Assembly (NCBI RefSeq): GCF_009914755.1
Contig: NC_060926.1
Direction: 5' to 3' (one strand)
Source: the human T2T-CHM13v2.0 reference genome, Homo sapiens
Length of the DNA stretch: 64,000 bases
Shown here: in pieces, positions 1-14,685 of the stretch
Layout of the letters: the number at the start of each line of letters is the position of its first letter
Position numbering within the stretch: the first letter of the stretch is position 1
Position numbers and translations under genes: made by a program
The notes under the pieces: generated by a model
Told to the model about the DNA's origin: nothing
Databases searched by the model: none
What the model saw: the letters and a program-made list of their open reading frames with translations, nothing else

Positions 1-177
1 TAAAACTACAAAAAAGTAGCCGGGCATGGTGGCGGGCTCCTGCATAGTCCCAGCTACTCAGGAGGCTGAGGCAGGAGAATGTTGTGAACCTGGGCGGGAG
101 CTTGCAGTGAGCCAAGATCGTGCCACTGCACTCCAGCCTGGGTGACAGAGCGAGACTCCGTCTAAAAAAAAAAAAAA
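1..177 (+). mobile_element. Alu (AluY-like) right arm, cut by the window edge
   Basis: Right-monomer sequence with GAGCTTGCAG and a polyA tail. Confidence 0.93.
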
Positions 178-537
178 GTTAAATAAATAATATCTAATGT
201 AAAGCCTGGGATACAGACCGCAGAATAGGCTATATCTCAGGACCATAGTGTATAACAAATTTACAATGAATAAATGGACGTACCGTGAGTTAAGAGAGCA
301 AGGGTGATGCTGGGTAGGCAGTGACAGGTATGCTGTTCAGGGAATACTAGATGACTACTTTTGAACTCAGTCCTTGTCAAACCTCTGACAGTGCAGTATT
401 GCCAGGTTTTAAATAAATGAAAAGCGAAAGTTCCAATTTGTCAAAACAGGTACAACATCAGAGTAATTAGTAGAGCAAACTCTATAGGTTTCAACGTAGG
501 ATTTCATTAATAGTTAGCTGTGTTTAAATATGGTTTA

Positions 538-670
<133 letters not shown>

Positions 671-2049
671 AAAGATTAATCGTGCACAATTTTCAGAGAA
701 AAGTTATAGCTTAAAGAAAAACTGTACTTGCTCTAATTGAAGAAAAATATGAAGAAACTGGAAATGAGATAACAGGTCACAATATTGGTTAAATATATTC
801 AGATGTGATCTAAGAAAAAATGAGAATTTTGGTCATTTGTACTGAGAAGCAGAAATACAAGCACTAACAGGTTATTTTAATAAGTTAAATTGAGAATGCT
901 TTGGTCTACCAGTTGGATAGAGGTTATTTTTTTCTGAATTTTATTTGGGACCTATGGCAAGTACCTACAAAAGATATCATTGTCTACATAGTTCCAAATA
1001 TGCAACTTGGCTTTTAAATTGTTTGGGGTCAGTATCTGAATGTTAGCAAAGACGTTCTTTAAAAAAACAAACCAACAACATTTTCTTTTTTTTTTTCCCT
1101 ATAAAAGTTGGGTAGATGTCATATGCTCTCTTTTCTGTGGAAAAAGATGAAGCCTTTTGTCTAGGTTGTGAGATTTGCTCTGCTCTCTGATTTTAAACGG
1201 TAATTAAAATATAATTTGTAACTAATTCCAGTAGAGTTTATTTTTTTTTTTTTATCTAAAGGGTTCCACTTTGTTTTTCCAAGAATCATTACGAGTAAGA
1301 GTCATTGCCTCTCAGGGCTTGGCAAGCCCTAAAGTTACGTCTCTTTCTCTTTTCCCCTCCCTCTCTGTTCCCTTTCTTTTTATCTCCTGCTCTGACTTGT
1401 TCCTTTAATTGGCTCTAATATAAAACTGAAGTATATCTGGTGAATACTGTTTTGTGTTCTCTGTTTCTAATTTAAAGAATGGATGAGTGGTAGACTTTTC
1501 TCTCTCTAAATAAAAAATAACAAACAGTACCCTAAATCAACTTTTTGTATGGTTCTTGGTTTTTATTAGGGTGGGTCAGTGACCCTCAATTACCAAAGAA
1601 GAGGAAAAAAGTTTCCCATACCGAGTAAGCAAGAATAAGTACAGTATAAGGAACTGGGTTAAGAAACAGAAAGGATCTGCTAATAGTATTTTTATACACA
1701 GTGAATGATTTTATGTGAAACATCAGCTCCTCTAGGAATTGTTTTCAGGTTAGTTGGATGAAAGCTAATAATTTCTATTGCCCCTGACTCCACAAGAACA
1801 TGATTCATGAACCATTCAAATTCAATATTTTCTGAGGTGGCCCTACTCTTCTTTGGATCTAGCTGCAGTCTTTCATCTTGTTTTACACAGATGCTTCTAC
1901 TGATTTGAATTTTAGAGTCTTAGTCTAATGCCTTTCTTTGTTGATGGAGACAAATAAGGCCAGACAATCTTAAGGGACATGCTGAAGGTCACAAATAAGG
2001 CATGGGCAAGTCTGTCCTATATGTAAGCTTCAAAGCCAGTTCATGTCTT

Positions 2050-2155
2050 CATTCCTTAAAAATTTATTGAGTGCCTACTATGTGCAAGATCCTATGCTAA
2101 GCCCCGAGATGTGTAAAGAAACAAAGCAGAGGAGACTCCTGCTCTCACAAAGCTA
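2050..2155 (-). mobile_element. L2 3'-end fragment (approximate)
   Basis: ATTTATTGAGTGCCTACTATGTGC is the reverse complement of the typical L2 3' terminus. Confidence 0.65.
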
Positions 2156-2710
2156 GCTTTATAAAATTATTTTCGTTAATTCTAGTGGCATATCTGGTAG
2201 ATCATTCTATGGAATAAATGTTAGAAGTATCTAAATTCAAAGACTAAAAATTCCTTAATATTGATTCAAAAATTGAGTAAGCTACACGGTATCTTCCGGT
2301 CATAAAAAAATCTTATTACTTTTGACTGATTTACTTAACCATAGTTTTTTCTAACATAATTATTAATTTTGTTTATAAAAATGTTCATTCAATGTTTACT
2401 TATTTTTCTACATGAATATTTTCTTTATAAACATGGTCCATTTAAAACCAGAACTTGTATTATTTAATTTTGTTTTTAAAGATCTTAATGGTATAACATA
2501 CCTACCAGGGCTAAATATTTATATTCAAACCTCGTAATGGACTAATAAGAAGTGAGAACAATGCCAATCATAGATAACATTTTTTGAATCAGACGCTCTG
2601 CTTAACACTGCATCTCACTGATAACACTGCCATTATCTCAGCCTTTATAGCAAATCTATGATGTAGATACTAATATGATCTGCATTTTTAATATGTATAA
2701 CTGAGGATTA

Positions 2711-3112
<402 letters not shown>

Positions 3113-3913
3113 AAGAACACACTCTCCTGTAATGACATCTAGACATACAGAAAGTATTTAAAATGCTATACATGAGTTTTACTTGAAGACGGTTTCTCAT
3201 GTTTTACCTAAGGCCTGAGAATGATAATAATAAAGGAAAATTTGCAGTTTTGCTTCTCTCTTTTCAAATTCTTCATTTTTAAAGATTTGTAGAGTCAATT
3301 AAAATAATGAAGTGAGCTAGAACACAGATCAGGAGAAATCTTGAAAATGTTAATTAATTAGAAAATAAGTAAAATTAGGTGTGAGACTAGATGATCTCTT
3401 CACTGCTTATGGCTTATAATTTCTATCTGTTGAAGTTTTACCCATCATTGAAGTGTTTGCTTCAATTAGAGTATCACCTCAGGAATCTTCAGATTCTATG
3501 AGTTAGAATGGTTCTTTCCTTTCTCAGTGTTCCCCAGGTCTTTGTAGCTCCAGAATAGCACTCATTTTTTTGTTTTGTTTTGTTTATTTTACTTTGTATT
3601 ACTATTATATGAGTATTTCAGATGACTACATAAATGTATTCTGAGTGCCTATATGATTGATATAGTCTAATGAAAAAATCAGTAACTCTTACTACTCATT
3701 GACGGGCTCCTAAATGCCAGGTACTATATGAGTCTACTTTGCGTAGTATTTTCAATAACATCATGACCCACTGTAAACACACACACACACATCCCTGGGG
3801 CTTATTTAAAGCAAAATCAGGCTAAGTCCATACTATTAGCAAGTAGTGATGACAAGTTTGGAATACATCCCATGTCTTAATCATTGTATTATACTATCCA
3901 TTAAAATTGAGTT

Positions 3914-4219
<306 letters not shown>

Positions 4220-5919
4220 AAAATTGAGTTATGCCTGAATTCAACTGCATACCTCTTATACTAACTTGCCACTGAAAAATTCTTTTTTTTCCTTTCAGTT
4301 CACTATATAGAATAAACAGGTAATTGTACTTTCAGTGAAAACTTCAAGTGGAAGTAAGGTAATTATTTGAAAAACATATTTTTTCTTTTATGTAGAGGTC
4401 AAATTTCTTATATTGGCAAGACATTCATTTGCTTTAACAAAGTGTTGCCAATGTAGCATGTTATACATCTTGTTTAAAAGCATGGGCATTTTAGCAAATA
4501 ACAAATGCATGTATTTATTGCACATAGTAATCTTTATTTTAAAAAATATTATTTTTCTAAAAAATTGGCCTATTTATATGTAAAACACGAGGACAGTATT
4601 TGGGAGAACCAAATTTCTGGCCTCTTTTGGAATGAGGAATGTGCCTACAGGTTACATCTTTAAAGTTAATAATTTTGTAAATATATACACAATATCATTT
4701 TTAAAAAGCACTTCTCTATAGATGAAATAAACATTCTCTGGTTTTAAATTTTAACCCTTCAATTAAAATTTAAAATTACTTGTGAATATCAGTTGAACAG
4801 TATTTGTTCTTGAATAAAACATACATAAATACAGATATAAAAATATTGAACATGATTTTATTCCAATTCTTTATCAATAAGAAATACAGTTTATGTGTGT
4901 AGACTGCTTTAAGCTTGCCAAATACTTTAACAGATACCAACTTCCCTGATATGGAGATTATATATTTTGATTAAAAAGATAACTCTTTCATTCTAATCCT
5001 CTTTATTCAAGTACTGTTTCATTCATAGATTCTTGGGTGTGGAAAGAGCATTAAAGATCCTCAGGTCTAGCTATGAACCCAGTATAGGAAAGCCATCTAC
5101 TTCAACTTTCCTGAGTGACAGGAAGGCAAATGCAAGGTTCATTACATTTTGTTTAGTTATATTCGTTTTTTTAAATTTTTTTAATTGAGCTATTTTTTTC
5201 TCTGTTTATTATACCAACTGTATTCTCAATTATAGTAATTTGGATTCTTGAAATCATACATTGTGCCTTATATATTTTGTCTTTTTCTGGCTTAACACTC
5301 TTGGTGTGGTACCTTGATGCCCGGATCAGTTGATATTTTCTTCAATTTCTTCACTTGATAAGCTAATTTTTATGATATCTTGCTTTTGCTCTCATATAGT
5401 GAACTAGGAGAATAAGTGGTCTGATTTGAGATTTAAAATTGAATACTCTACATTTGTTGGTATCATTTGGCTTGCAGCATTGTTTTCACTTGGCAGCCCT
5501 ACTCTTATCTAATTAGTTCACAGCAAGCATTTTCCATTAAATCTTAGACTCTTTCACATGAAGGAACATAAATAATTTTGCATTTGACTTTAGGAAATTG
5601 GTGCAGGACTTTACTTATCTTTACTAAATTCTAACTTGTTTGGGACTGTATGACTTAGAATTCTAGAAACCATTGTCCTTCCCTGTAGCCACTGGTTTTG
5701 ACAGGCAAATGTAATTGTTATACTTTGCAACTTTATCTTCTTCAAAAATTTAATGTGCTCGGATATTTCAACTTATGACATGCAAAATAAAAAGAGACCA
5801 TTTAATCTGAAGACTTTCAGCTGTATTAGTTTTTAATTTGCAGAGATAGTGGTCTTCCAAATGTTAATTAAAATTTTACCCTATGTCTACTATCGTTAAT
5901 TGCAATTCTGGAAATATTA

Positions 5920-6480
5920 CAGTAAGTAATTCGGGAAGATTTCACTGAGGAAGTGATGCTAAAATTTAAATCTAAAAGATAAATACATTTAATTAGACTA
6001 GGGAGGAGGCAAAGAGAACAGGCAGGGCAAGTTAATGATTTTGATTTTATATTAATTACAATGGAAAATCTAAAAATTTTAAAGCAAAGAATGGCAAAAT
6101 CAGGTCAATATTTGATCTAAATATTTGAAACTACTATTCTGGCTGCCTTGTTTAGAATTAAATGAAGAGAGAAAGTGAATTTACTGAGGCTAGATAGAAC
6201 AAGACTGCTGGTGATGGCAGTAGTGATCAGGAAATGGAATAGATTAGAAGGGTTTCAAAAGGTTAAGTTCACAGGTTATAAGGAAAGAGTGACAGAGAAG
6301 AAAAATGAGAGAAATGTATCACAGATTACTCTTAAATTTCTGGCCAATGTGATTGGATTTCTGGTAGTGTCATTTGTAAAGATGGGTCACTCTGGAAGAA
6401 AACCAGCTTGGGTTAGGAGGAGGTAGATAATATGAATTTGTTTTGAACATGTTCATTTTGAAATATTTTTGAGATGATGT
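5920..6480 (-). mobile_element. Degenerate L2 fragments (approximate)
   Basis: Purine-rich L2-like motifs (GGGAAGATTTCACTGAGGAAGTGATG; GAATTTGTTTTGAACATGTT). Confidence 0.55.
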
Positions 6481-6489
6481 GTTTCAAGA

Positions 6490-6860
6490 GCCATAAAAAG
6501 ATATAGACCCTTTGACCAAGAAATCCCAAGACTCTGGGAATGTAGCCTGAGAAAATAGTACAAACTATGGGAAAAGTTATAGTCAAAAATGTCCATTGCA
6601 GTGTTTTTTAATTGAAAAAATGAAAGCAATGTTAATGGTCGAAAATAGAGAATTGATAATAACAACTTTTGTACACCTACTAAATGAAAAATTATTTAGC
6701 TGCTCAAATGATTGTTTAAAAACTGTTCAGTAACATATAAAGTGCTAATGATAAAATGCTGTTATAAAAATAGTTAAAATATTTTAAATACTATAATTAA
6801 AACTGTAGAAACAATATGAAATAAAACTAGAAAAATGTTAGAAATTGCTTAATAGGGTAT
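6490..6860 (+). mobile_element. Old L1 (L1ME-like) 3' fragment (approximate)
   Basis: ACCCTTTGACCAAGAAATCCCA..CTCTGGGAAT and ATGTCCATTGCAGTGTT resemble the L1 ORF2 3' end. Confidence 0.55.
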
Positions 6861-6902
6861 TAAAATTATAGGTATATATATCTTCTTTGTTTAAAATTAG
6901 TA

Positions 6903-7131
6903 GAAGAAGGAAGTTGGAGGAAGAAGGAGGGGTAGGAAGAGGAATAAGAGAAGAGGAGGAGGAGGAGGAAAAAGAAGAACAAGAAGAAGGAGAAGGAGAA
7001 GAAGAAACAAGAAAGAGAAGGAGGAGGAGGAGGAAAAAGAAGAACAAGAAGAAGGAGAAGGAGAAGAAGAAAGAAGAAAGAGAAGGAGCAGCAGTGGCGG
7101 TGGCAGCCACAGGAGCAAAAGGAGCAGAAGA
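6903..7131. repeat. GA-rich polypurine tract containing a 65-bp tandem duplication
   Basis: (GAA/GGA)n low complexity; units 6955-7019 and 7020-7084 differ at one position. Confidence 0.95.
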
Positions 7132-7863
7132 TGACTACAATGCGATGAAGATACAATGAAACATAGCTACTTACTCTTGTCACGCTGAATTCTATGATTA
7201 TATATATGCTGATGATCAAAGTTATGAAAATCATGTGAAGGGATAAAATAATGCATGCATGACTTAGAATTTAACTTTCTATAAATTTAAAATTGGTTGT
7301 TGATTGCTTTGTTCAAAAAATTGGAGCTGACTCTTCCTCCTCAAAATGGAGTGAATTACAAGTAAAATTGAAAGTACAATTAAACCTTTTTAATGATGAC
7401 CCGCCAAACGAGGAAAAACCCTAAACAAAGTGTATTTAGATTATATTTTTGATGATATATGTTAAATGCCTTTGCTATTATTTGCACAAAATTCCGGTTT
7501 CTAAAATGGACACTTATTCTGTTATTAAAATTGTCCAAAAGCTAAACACACAATTAAGAAGGCCTATACTATTTAACAGTTCCCAAAGCAAATACAGTTA
7601 GGTTTATATATTAGTTTGGACTCCCTTCTTATTATATGTCTTCACTTTTATATGCCTACTAATTTTGTAAAATTCAGGTTAAGATATTTCATCAGTCTCC
7701 TCTACATATTTTACAAAGCTAAGATCAACTTATTTCAACTTATTTTAAACATTATAAATCATCTATATTGGTATATTTTGTCAGACATGATGTAAATATG
7801 CACATGATGGGGCATTCACCCAAGACATCTGGTAATTTTCTTAAAATATTTTAAATTTACTTA

Positions 7864-7986
<123 letters not shown>

Positions 7987-8599
7987 TCATATCAATACTA
8001 TAAGTATCTGTAATCCCACACATGCAGAAGTTCAAATTCAGTTGAATAAACTATATTTTTAGAAATATGTGATCTGATAGCCTTACAATGATGAGTTTAC
8101 AAACCAATAAATACTTGAACGTGTCTGGAATGAAAAATATCTATCCAGTGAAATTATCAAAATTTATAAGTTGTATGCCTTTTTATTTTTTTAATAATTT
8201 TTTAAAAAATTAGAAGTCAAATATTAAATCTATGAGGCAAAACTTTTATTGATCTAGATTATATACTATATGAAACTAGTATTTTATATTTTGTGCACCT
8301 TCAAACAAATGCTACGTGATGATTTGTTTTGTTCAGATGTAAATGCCAGATAAAGGTTTATTTTCAAACTGAGTTTCTTTTTCCTTTGACAAATTTGAAG
8401 CTCAGAGACAAATCTCAATTTGTTAACTTAGAAGATTCTATGATCTGTACAAATGTGTTCTTTCTCATGGTTTTCACTTTTTTATTTTTATTTGTCTGCA
8501 TTCCATTTATTTGTAACCTACCACTTTATTGTGTATTTGTATAATTCTCTTCCAATTCTTACCTGAATAAGCTGGGAATATGTTATTTATAAACATAAT

Positions 8600-8840
8600 G
8601 ATAGCTGGTAGTTATCAAGAGCTTACTGTATGCTAATCTTTTAAGTATTTCCCTTGTGTTAAATCAATCCTTATGAAAATAATGAGGATGGAATCTATTC
8701 TTACCCTCATTTCATATATGAGGGGACTGAAGCAGAGAGATGTAAAATGGCTTTTTCAAGGTCAAACAGCTGGTAAGAAGTAGAAATAAGAAATCAGGTT
8801 TTAGGACTCACAGTTGTAATCACTGTGATAAACTGCCTCT
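8600..8840 (-). mobile_element. MIR (approximate)
   Basis: Core-like CCTCATTTCATATATGAGGGGACTGAAGCAGAGAGA...CAAGGTCAAACAGCTGGTAAG. Confidence 0.7.
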
Positions 8841-9391
8841 ATTACAAACACATGCAAATACATGCAAGTGTTTTCTATCGAAGCTATATTATAGTGCCAA
8901 ACTGTAATTAACCTTGACTCCAATGTGTAGTGTTTAAGGATGCGATAGTTAGTGCGAATAACCTAAGACCCAGTCAGAATGAGATCCTTCTGCTGAGGGA
9001 GGGACAGGACTCTTTAAACCCTGCTGGGCTTATCCTGTTTACTTGAGCACAGTTTCAGAGGTCATTCTAGAAATTCCACTGCAAATGGAAGATTTTCCTT
9101 TTCTTACACTTTTAAGGTATGTTTTCTTTGGAAAATTTGAAACCCCAATACTGAAACATTGACTTGTAAATTACACTATTACCTAAAAGGATTGCTTTTT
9201 CAGTGTAATGACAAAATCAATAATAATTTTTTCCACGGATATATTTCTTCTTTATTCTTCTCAAATTATATTATGAAAAGGCTTTATAAGGGAATGGAAT
9301 AATGACTTTATTTTCTTTAATACAGTATTGGACAAAGGAGCTGTTTAAACAGATACTGTAAGTTAAATTTCAATTCAGAATTATGACATAC

Positions 9392-9504
9392 CTTCACTTT
9401 CTCGTGGGTGTTAACATTACACTGGGTATAATTTGTCCATGTTCTGTTGCTTGCTGGATGTCTAAACCAGTTTCCATCTTGGTCACAGATCTTTGTAACT
9501 TTTT
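9392..9504 (-). CDS. CALCRL: CALCRL exon 7: (E)[37 protein letters not shown]
   Basis: 113 bp; 97-bp intron upstream; AAG|GTATGT donor; CxxxGxW motif; N118 and N123 sequons; phase 1 to 0. Confidence 0.98.
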
Positions 9505-9515
9505 CTTTAAAATTA

Positions 9516-9713
<198 letters not shown>

Positions 9714-10389
9714 TTAGTGGGGAAATAATAATTGGGGATAATTAAATCCTTCTACTTATACATGAAGACATAGTTTTAAAAGTGGTTTCACACTGATGTG
9801 GAGTAAAGGCTATCTACTGAAAATGCAGACATTATATAAAAATCTATATATAGAAATTATTTGGCTTCCCACCAAGTAATATTATAATAATTTCTCAATT
9901 AAATTCTAAATTAAATTTAAAAATATCTAAATATATAAAGTTTAGATTTAATTTTAATTGTCAAAGGTAGCTATTTGTTTAATAAATCAAATGGTCTTTG
10001 CTAGTTGTCCTTAGCCATAATGTAGTGATTAGCGTCCCTATGCTTAAAATAAGAAAACAATGGGAAATTAGAAACATGTTTAATTTTAGAAACTGTATGC
10101 TTAGGGCAAGGTGTTAGTATTTTCTGAAGCAAGCCAATAAATATTCCAATATTTCCTATTATACCATTGTAACCCTGAAAGATACTTATTTAGGCCCCTC
10201 CACCAAATTCTGACTCTTCATTCCTTTTCTTTTCAAATAAGGTAGAATGTTCAATAATCTCACATTTTTCTCCAAAATTAAATAAAGAACTTCTTACATT
10301 AAAATATATAAAGTTTTTTTAAGGCGTAGGTAAATTAACCGACCAATGTTCTAATGTTGTAACAGTCTATAATTAAAAAAGTAATTTTC

Positions 10390-10678
<289 letters not shown>

Positions 10679-11475
10679 CAAAAGTAATTTTCTAACTTGT
10701 CAGATAGAGATAGAACCTTGATTGCTGCATGAGATGTTTATTGTTTTTAACAGATTTGCAAGGCAATATCGGCATTTATCTAGCCCTCATGAAAATAGAA
10801 CAAAATTCTGATGGCCTGTAAGTTCAAGTAAATTGAAATAAAAACCAACAAAATTTTAATGTTTCCCCAGATAATGTTTTCTGCTATGTCATTTTTTGGA
10901 CAATTATTTAAATAGTTTGAATCCATATATTTCTAGATAAAATACATTTTATGGCCTATTAGAAAAAAATTTCTTGATGTAGTTTTAGAAAGCATCTCAG
11001 ATATGTCCATATCACAGCTCCAAAAGTATCTAATTCACTACAGCATTGGTAATGTGATAGAGTGCAAGGTCCAGAATTTTTGAAATTGTGTTTTATGGCA
11101 TTTGAGTTAGATCTAAGTAGGTATTCCATGAAAAAAGTTTCTCTGGTCAAATGGATTTTAGAGACACAAAGTTGAAATAAAAATAGCTCTTTATTGCAAG
11201 ACTTTCTAGAGTATTTAAAATTACAAAGTACATTATGAAACTTCAAGAAGGTGTATTATGCAATGATTCCAAACTTCTCTTACCACAGAATACTTTTATT
11301 ATGAAACTTTACAAAGATATTCCTATTGTTCAACAATTAAATTTAAAATCTACTTTTACATAATATACAGCAAGAAGGCTTGGAAGGGTTTCAAAGTTAA
11401 AAATATCTAAAGAGTGTTAAATTTTATTTTACTGTGAGTTTTACATTTGATATTTTGAAGATAACCCTTTCTTTA

Positions 11476-11531
11476 AGGTTGCCAGGTAAAATATAGGACC
11501 TGTTTTTGTTATTGCTTTATCTGGCAACTCT
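11476..11531. mobile_element. Internally deleted MER53-like MITE
   Basis: Terminal inverted repeats AGGTTGCCAGGTAAA / TTTATCTGGCAACTCT resemble MER53 ends. Confidence 0.6.
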
Positions 11532-11966
11532 GCTTGTGCTACTCATCTTTTATCTTCAGAATCTAGTCAAGTATCTGGTGCTTAGCAGGCTCTCAATGAA
11601 TGTTATCCAAAAAAGCAAAAGAATATCTTAATGCAAACAGAAGCACTTAGATTTCATTAACTTTGCCACCAAATGTACTATGCAAAGTGTGTGTGTTATG
11701 AAAAACAACACTTTTGTATTCATTATATTATTAGGCAACCTCCTGTCAAGCAGGTTGTTAAAAAAAAAAGAAATACACAATTACATAAACTGAAAAAGTC
11801 AACTGTCATTAAGATTTGTGTTTTTGTGTTAATATTAATACTTATTTGATTTAAATATCTTTGTACCATAAAAAGAATCATACTAAAAAGATCACTGTCA
11901 CATATTTTTATTGTTTTTAAAAAGCGATATAACATGATGTCATAAAATGTTCTTCAAACATAATTA

Positions 11967-12230
<264 letters not shown>

Positions 12231-12325
12231 CTAAGGGATTAAAAAAACAACAACATCAACTTCATGAAAAGGATTATGAAAATGTGTTTGTCAAAGGCAG
12301 TCTGTCACAGTAGAAAACAGCAAGT

Positions 12326-12512
12326 GCGGTGATGTACTGGAAGATAAACTGGCGCTCTAGGGAAAAAACCCCAATTTGTAGTGTTTGCTATTTCCATGGT
12401 ATAAATATCCCCACCATGTCCAATTTCAAAACACCAACAAGATGTCACCATTGGCAGAGTGGGAAACCACAGTTGGTTCTCAGAAGCCTGTGGTAGCCAG
12501 CTCCAGGACATT
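12326..12512 (+). mobile_element. MER63A-like hAT DNA transposon fossil
   Basis: ATTTGTAGTGTTTGCTATTTCCATGGTATAAATATCCCCACCATG..CCAGCTCCAG resembles the recalled MER63A consensus. Confidence 0.75.
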
Positions 12513-14468
12513 CCTTAATATGTGTTTTGGAATGTAGACAGAGATGTCTTCCAATCTGACCCGAATGTTTTTCCTGGCTCTATGAATGAAGGCAAGATAT
12601 TGTCTGTCCCCTCCCCCAAAGCCTCTGCTTCCTTATTGTAAAATAGTATAAAATAGCATCAAGATAACAGAGGAGACGTATCTGGCACATGGAAATACTT
12701 ACAATGTATTGCCATTGTCATGATATTTTGATAATCAAAATAATGGCAACATCATTTATGATGTTGGTAAATAGAAATTTTTCTTGTATGCACATCAATA
12801 ATGTTTTTGGACAAGTTATATACTTATTTTCTTCCAATATAGTAGCACTATTTTAAGCTTCAATTCTACTTTAGTTTCCACGTGACTTTTTTTCTGATTT
12901 ATAATATGAAGCCCGAATAGACCTCTTTTTAACACTTTTAGCAGTAATTGTTGCATAATTTCTATTAACTATATCCCATAAGCTGTTATCTTCCTATCCT
13001 TCCTTTGCCTCCTCATTGTAGTATTTCTTTTTTCTAGCAGGAAGTTGAATTTAGTAAAATCAAAATGACATTCCCTCACTGGGTAGCACCTCTCAAGCTT
13101 AAGTTTTACCATTGTGTGACCACCATTTAACAATAACTCTTTCATTCCTTTGTTGTTTTAATTTCCAAATAAAGATTTATGCAGTGGTAGTGCTACACAA
13201 GTAATACATGGAAATGTAGAACATAAAGAAAATTAATATATTTGAAAAGCACGTAACTCCTGTTCTTCCCAAAAAGTCCATAAAATTGCAAAAATCCATA
13301 TGATTTTTATCCCTACTTGGAACACAGACTCTGATTTGTACACGATCTTACATGAGTTCAAGAGGAAGAGTCACAATTTCTTAATTACAATAATCAGTTG
13401 CTAATCTGTTACAGAATTACCTGCAGGAAAGTAATGTTCTATGCAGCTCGCTCAGTGGAGGGTGTGAGCTTAAGTCAACTTAAAGATACCGTCTAAGAAG
13501 TGCAGGATTTGGACTGCTCCTAGACTTGGAAATATTTGCTCCTAGACTTGAAAATGTTTTCAAATACAAATGCGGACAGGAATGTAGTCTTGTTTTTTTG
13601 TTTTTTGTTTTTTTCTCGTTTAGGTTTTCTGTATTCTCCCAAGTTTCTTTGTTTCCATCTTTGTGGTGTTTGCTTGGAAACACCTCAAGAAAATTCTTAG
13701 CTGCCACAGGATTAGATGAGAGTATGTCTCTTGGTTTTTCATGTTTATAATGAGATAAGAGCACAGTCACTGTTTTATTTTGAGGTAGAGAAAAACATGG
13801 GTGATTCATTACTATAATTAAACATAAAATTAAGTGTATGAAGTATGTGACTCCTCCAGCAGAGCAATTGAGTTTTTGTCTTATTTGCCTACCTTCCACC
13901 TTGGGCCCCATATCCCCATTGTATACATGTAGAGGGGCAGATGAGTGTGCAGACTTATGCACACACTTGCCTCAAATTTAACATCAATGTCTGCTAATTT
14001 GAATGAATGATTGAGGAAATTAATTTAAAACAAAGTGTATGGTTCTAAATTGCCTTGCAATCAAGATATGTCAATCAACTGGCAGAACGGGAGAAACATC
14101 AATGAGAGAATCATTTTTTAACAGATCTAACTCTGAATCTACAATTCTGGTTGAAAATATTTTCTCTACTATGTACAACATGTACCATAGAGTCATTCCA
14201 TTTTTTTTTCAATCTCTGATTACTTTCCTCTGGTGTCTTATGCATGTGTGTATTCATCTTTCCCATTCTGATCCCCTCCAATTCCTTCTCATTCTATACC
14301 TGTTATAGGACTAAAAGCATACACCGAATGAAAACACATTATTGCTGTATCAATTGGATATAAAAATGTAACTAATTTCTGTATCTAGTAACTTCATTAA
14401 TATTCTTTATCAATTATAGGTATACTGGAAGCAATAACAGACATAATCATATATATTTTTATGCTTAC

Positions 14469-14519
14469 CATAAAAAAAGGCAAGAGAACCAGAAAATACA
14501 GGGTACACTTTTTCTCCAT
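14469..14519 (-). CDS. CALCRL: CALCRL first coding exon: MEKKCTLYFLVLLPFFM (signal peptide, aa 1-17)
   Basis: ATG at 14519 in strong context (A at -3, G at +4); 51 nt; donor ATG|GTAAGC, phase 0. Confidence 0.97.
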
Positions 14520-14555
14520 CATTAAGCCAAAATGAAATATGCTGTATAACATAAA
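14520..14555 (-). other. CALCRL: 5'UTR portion of CALCRL exon 4 (whole exon 14469-14555)
   Basis: Acceptor tcttttattttctgttgcAG|TTTATG, contiguous with the start codon. Confidence 0.88.
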
Positions 14556-14685
14556 CTGCAACAGAAAATAAAAGAAATATAATTCATCAATATTTATGAA
14601 ATAAATGCAGATGATTCTCAACAGAAAATTTATTTTAAAACTACACAATAATTCAATAATTTTACTTTAAAGATTTGATAAATCA

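Noticed and set aside
6838-7234. Four overlapping ORFs (poly-E/K, poly-L/F/S)
   Set aside because: Artefacts of a stop-poor GA-rich simple repeat.
13480-13962. 160-aa minus-strand ORF in intron 4
   Set aside because: No recognisable homology, passes through low-complexity A-rich sequence, and lacks convincing exon boundaries.
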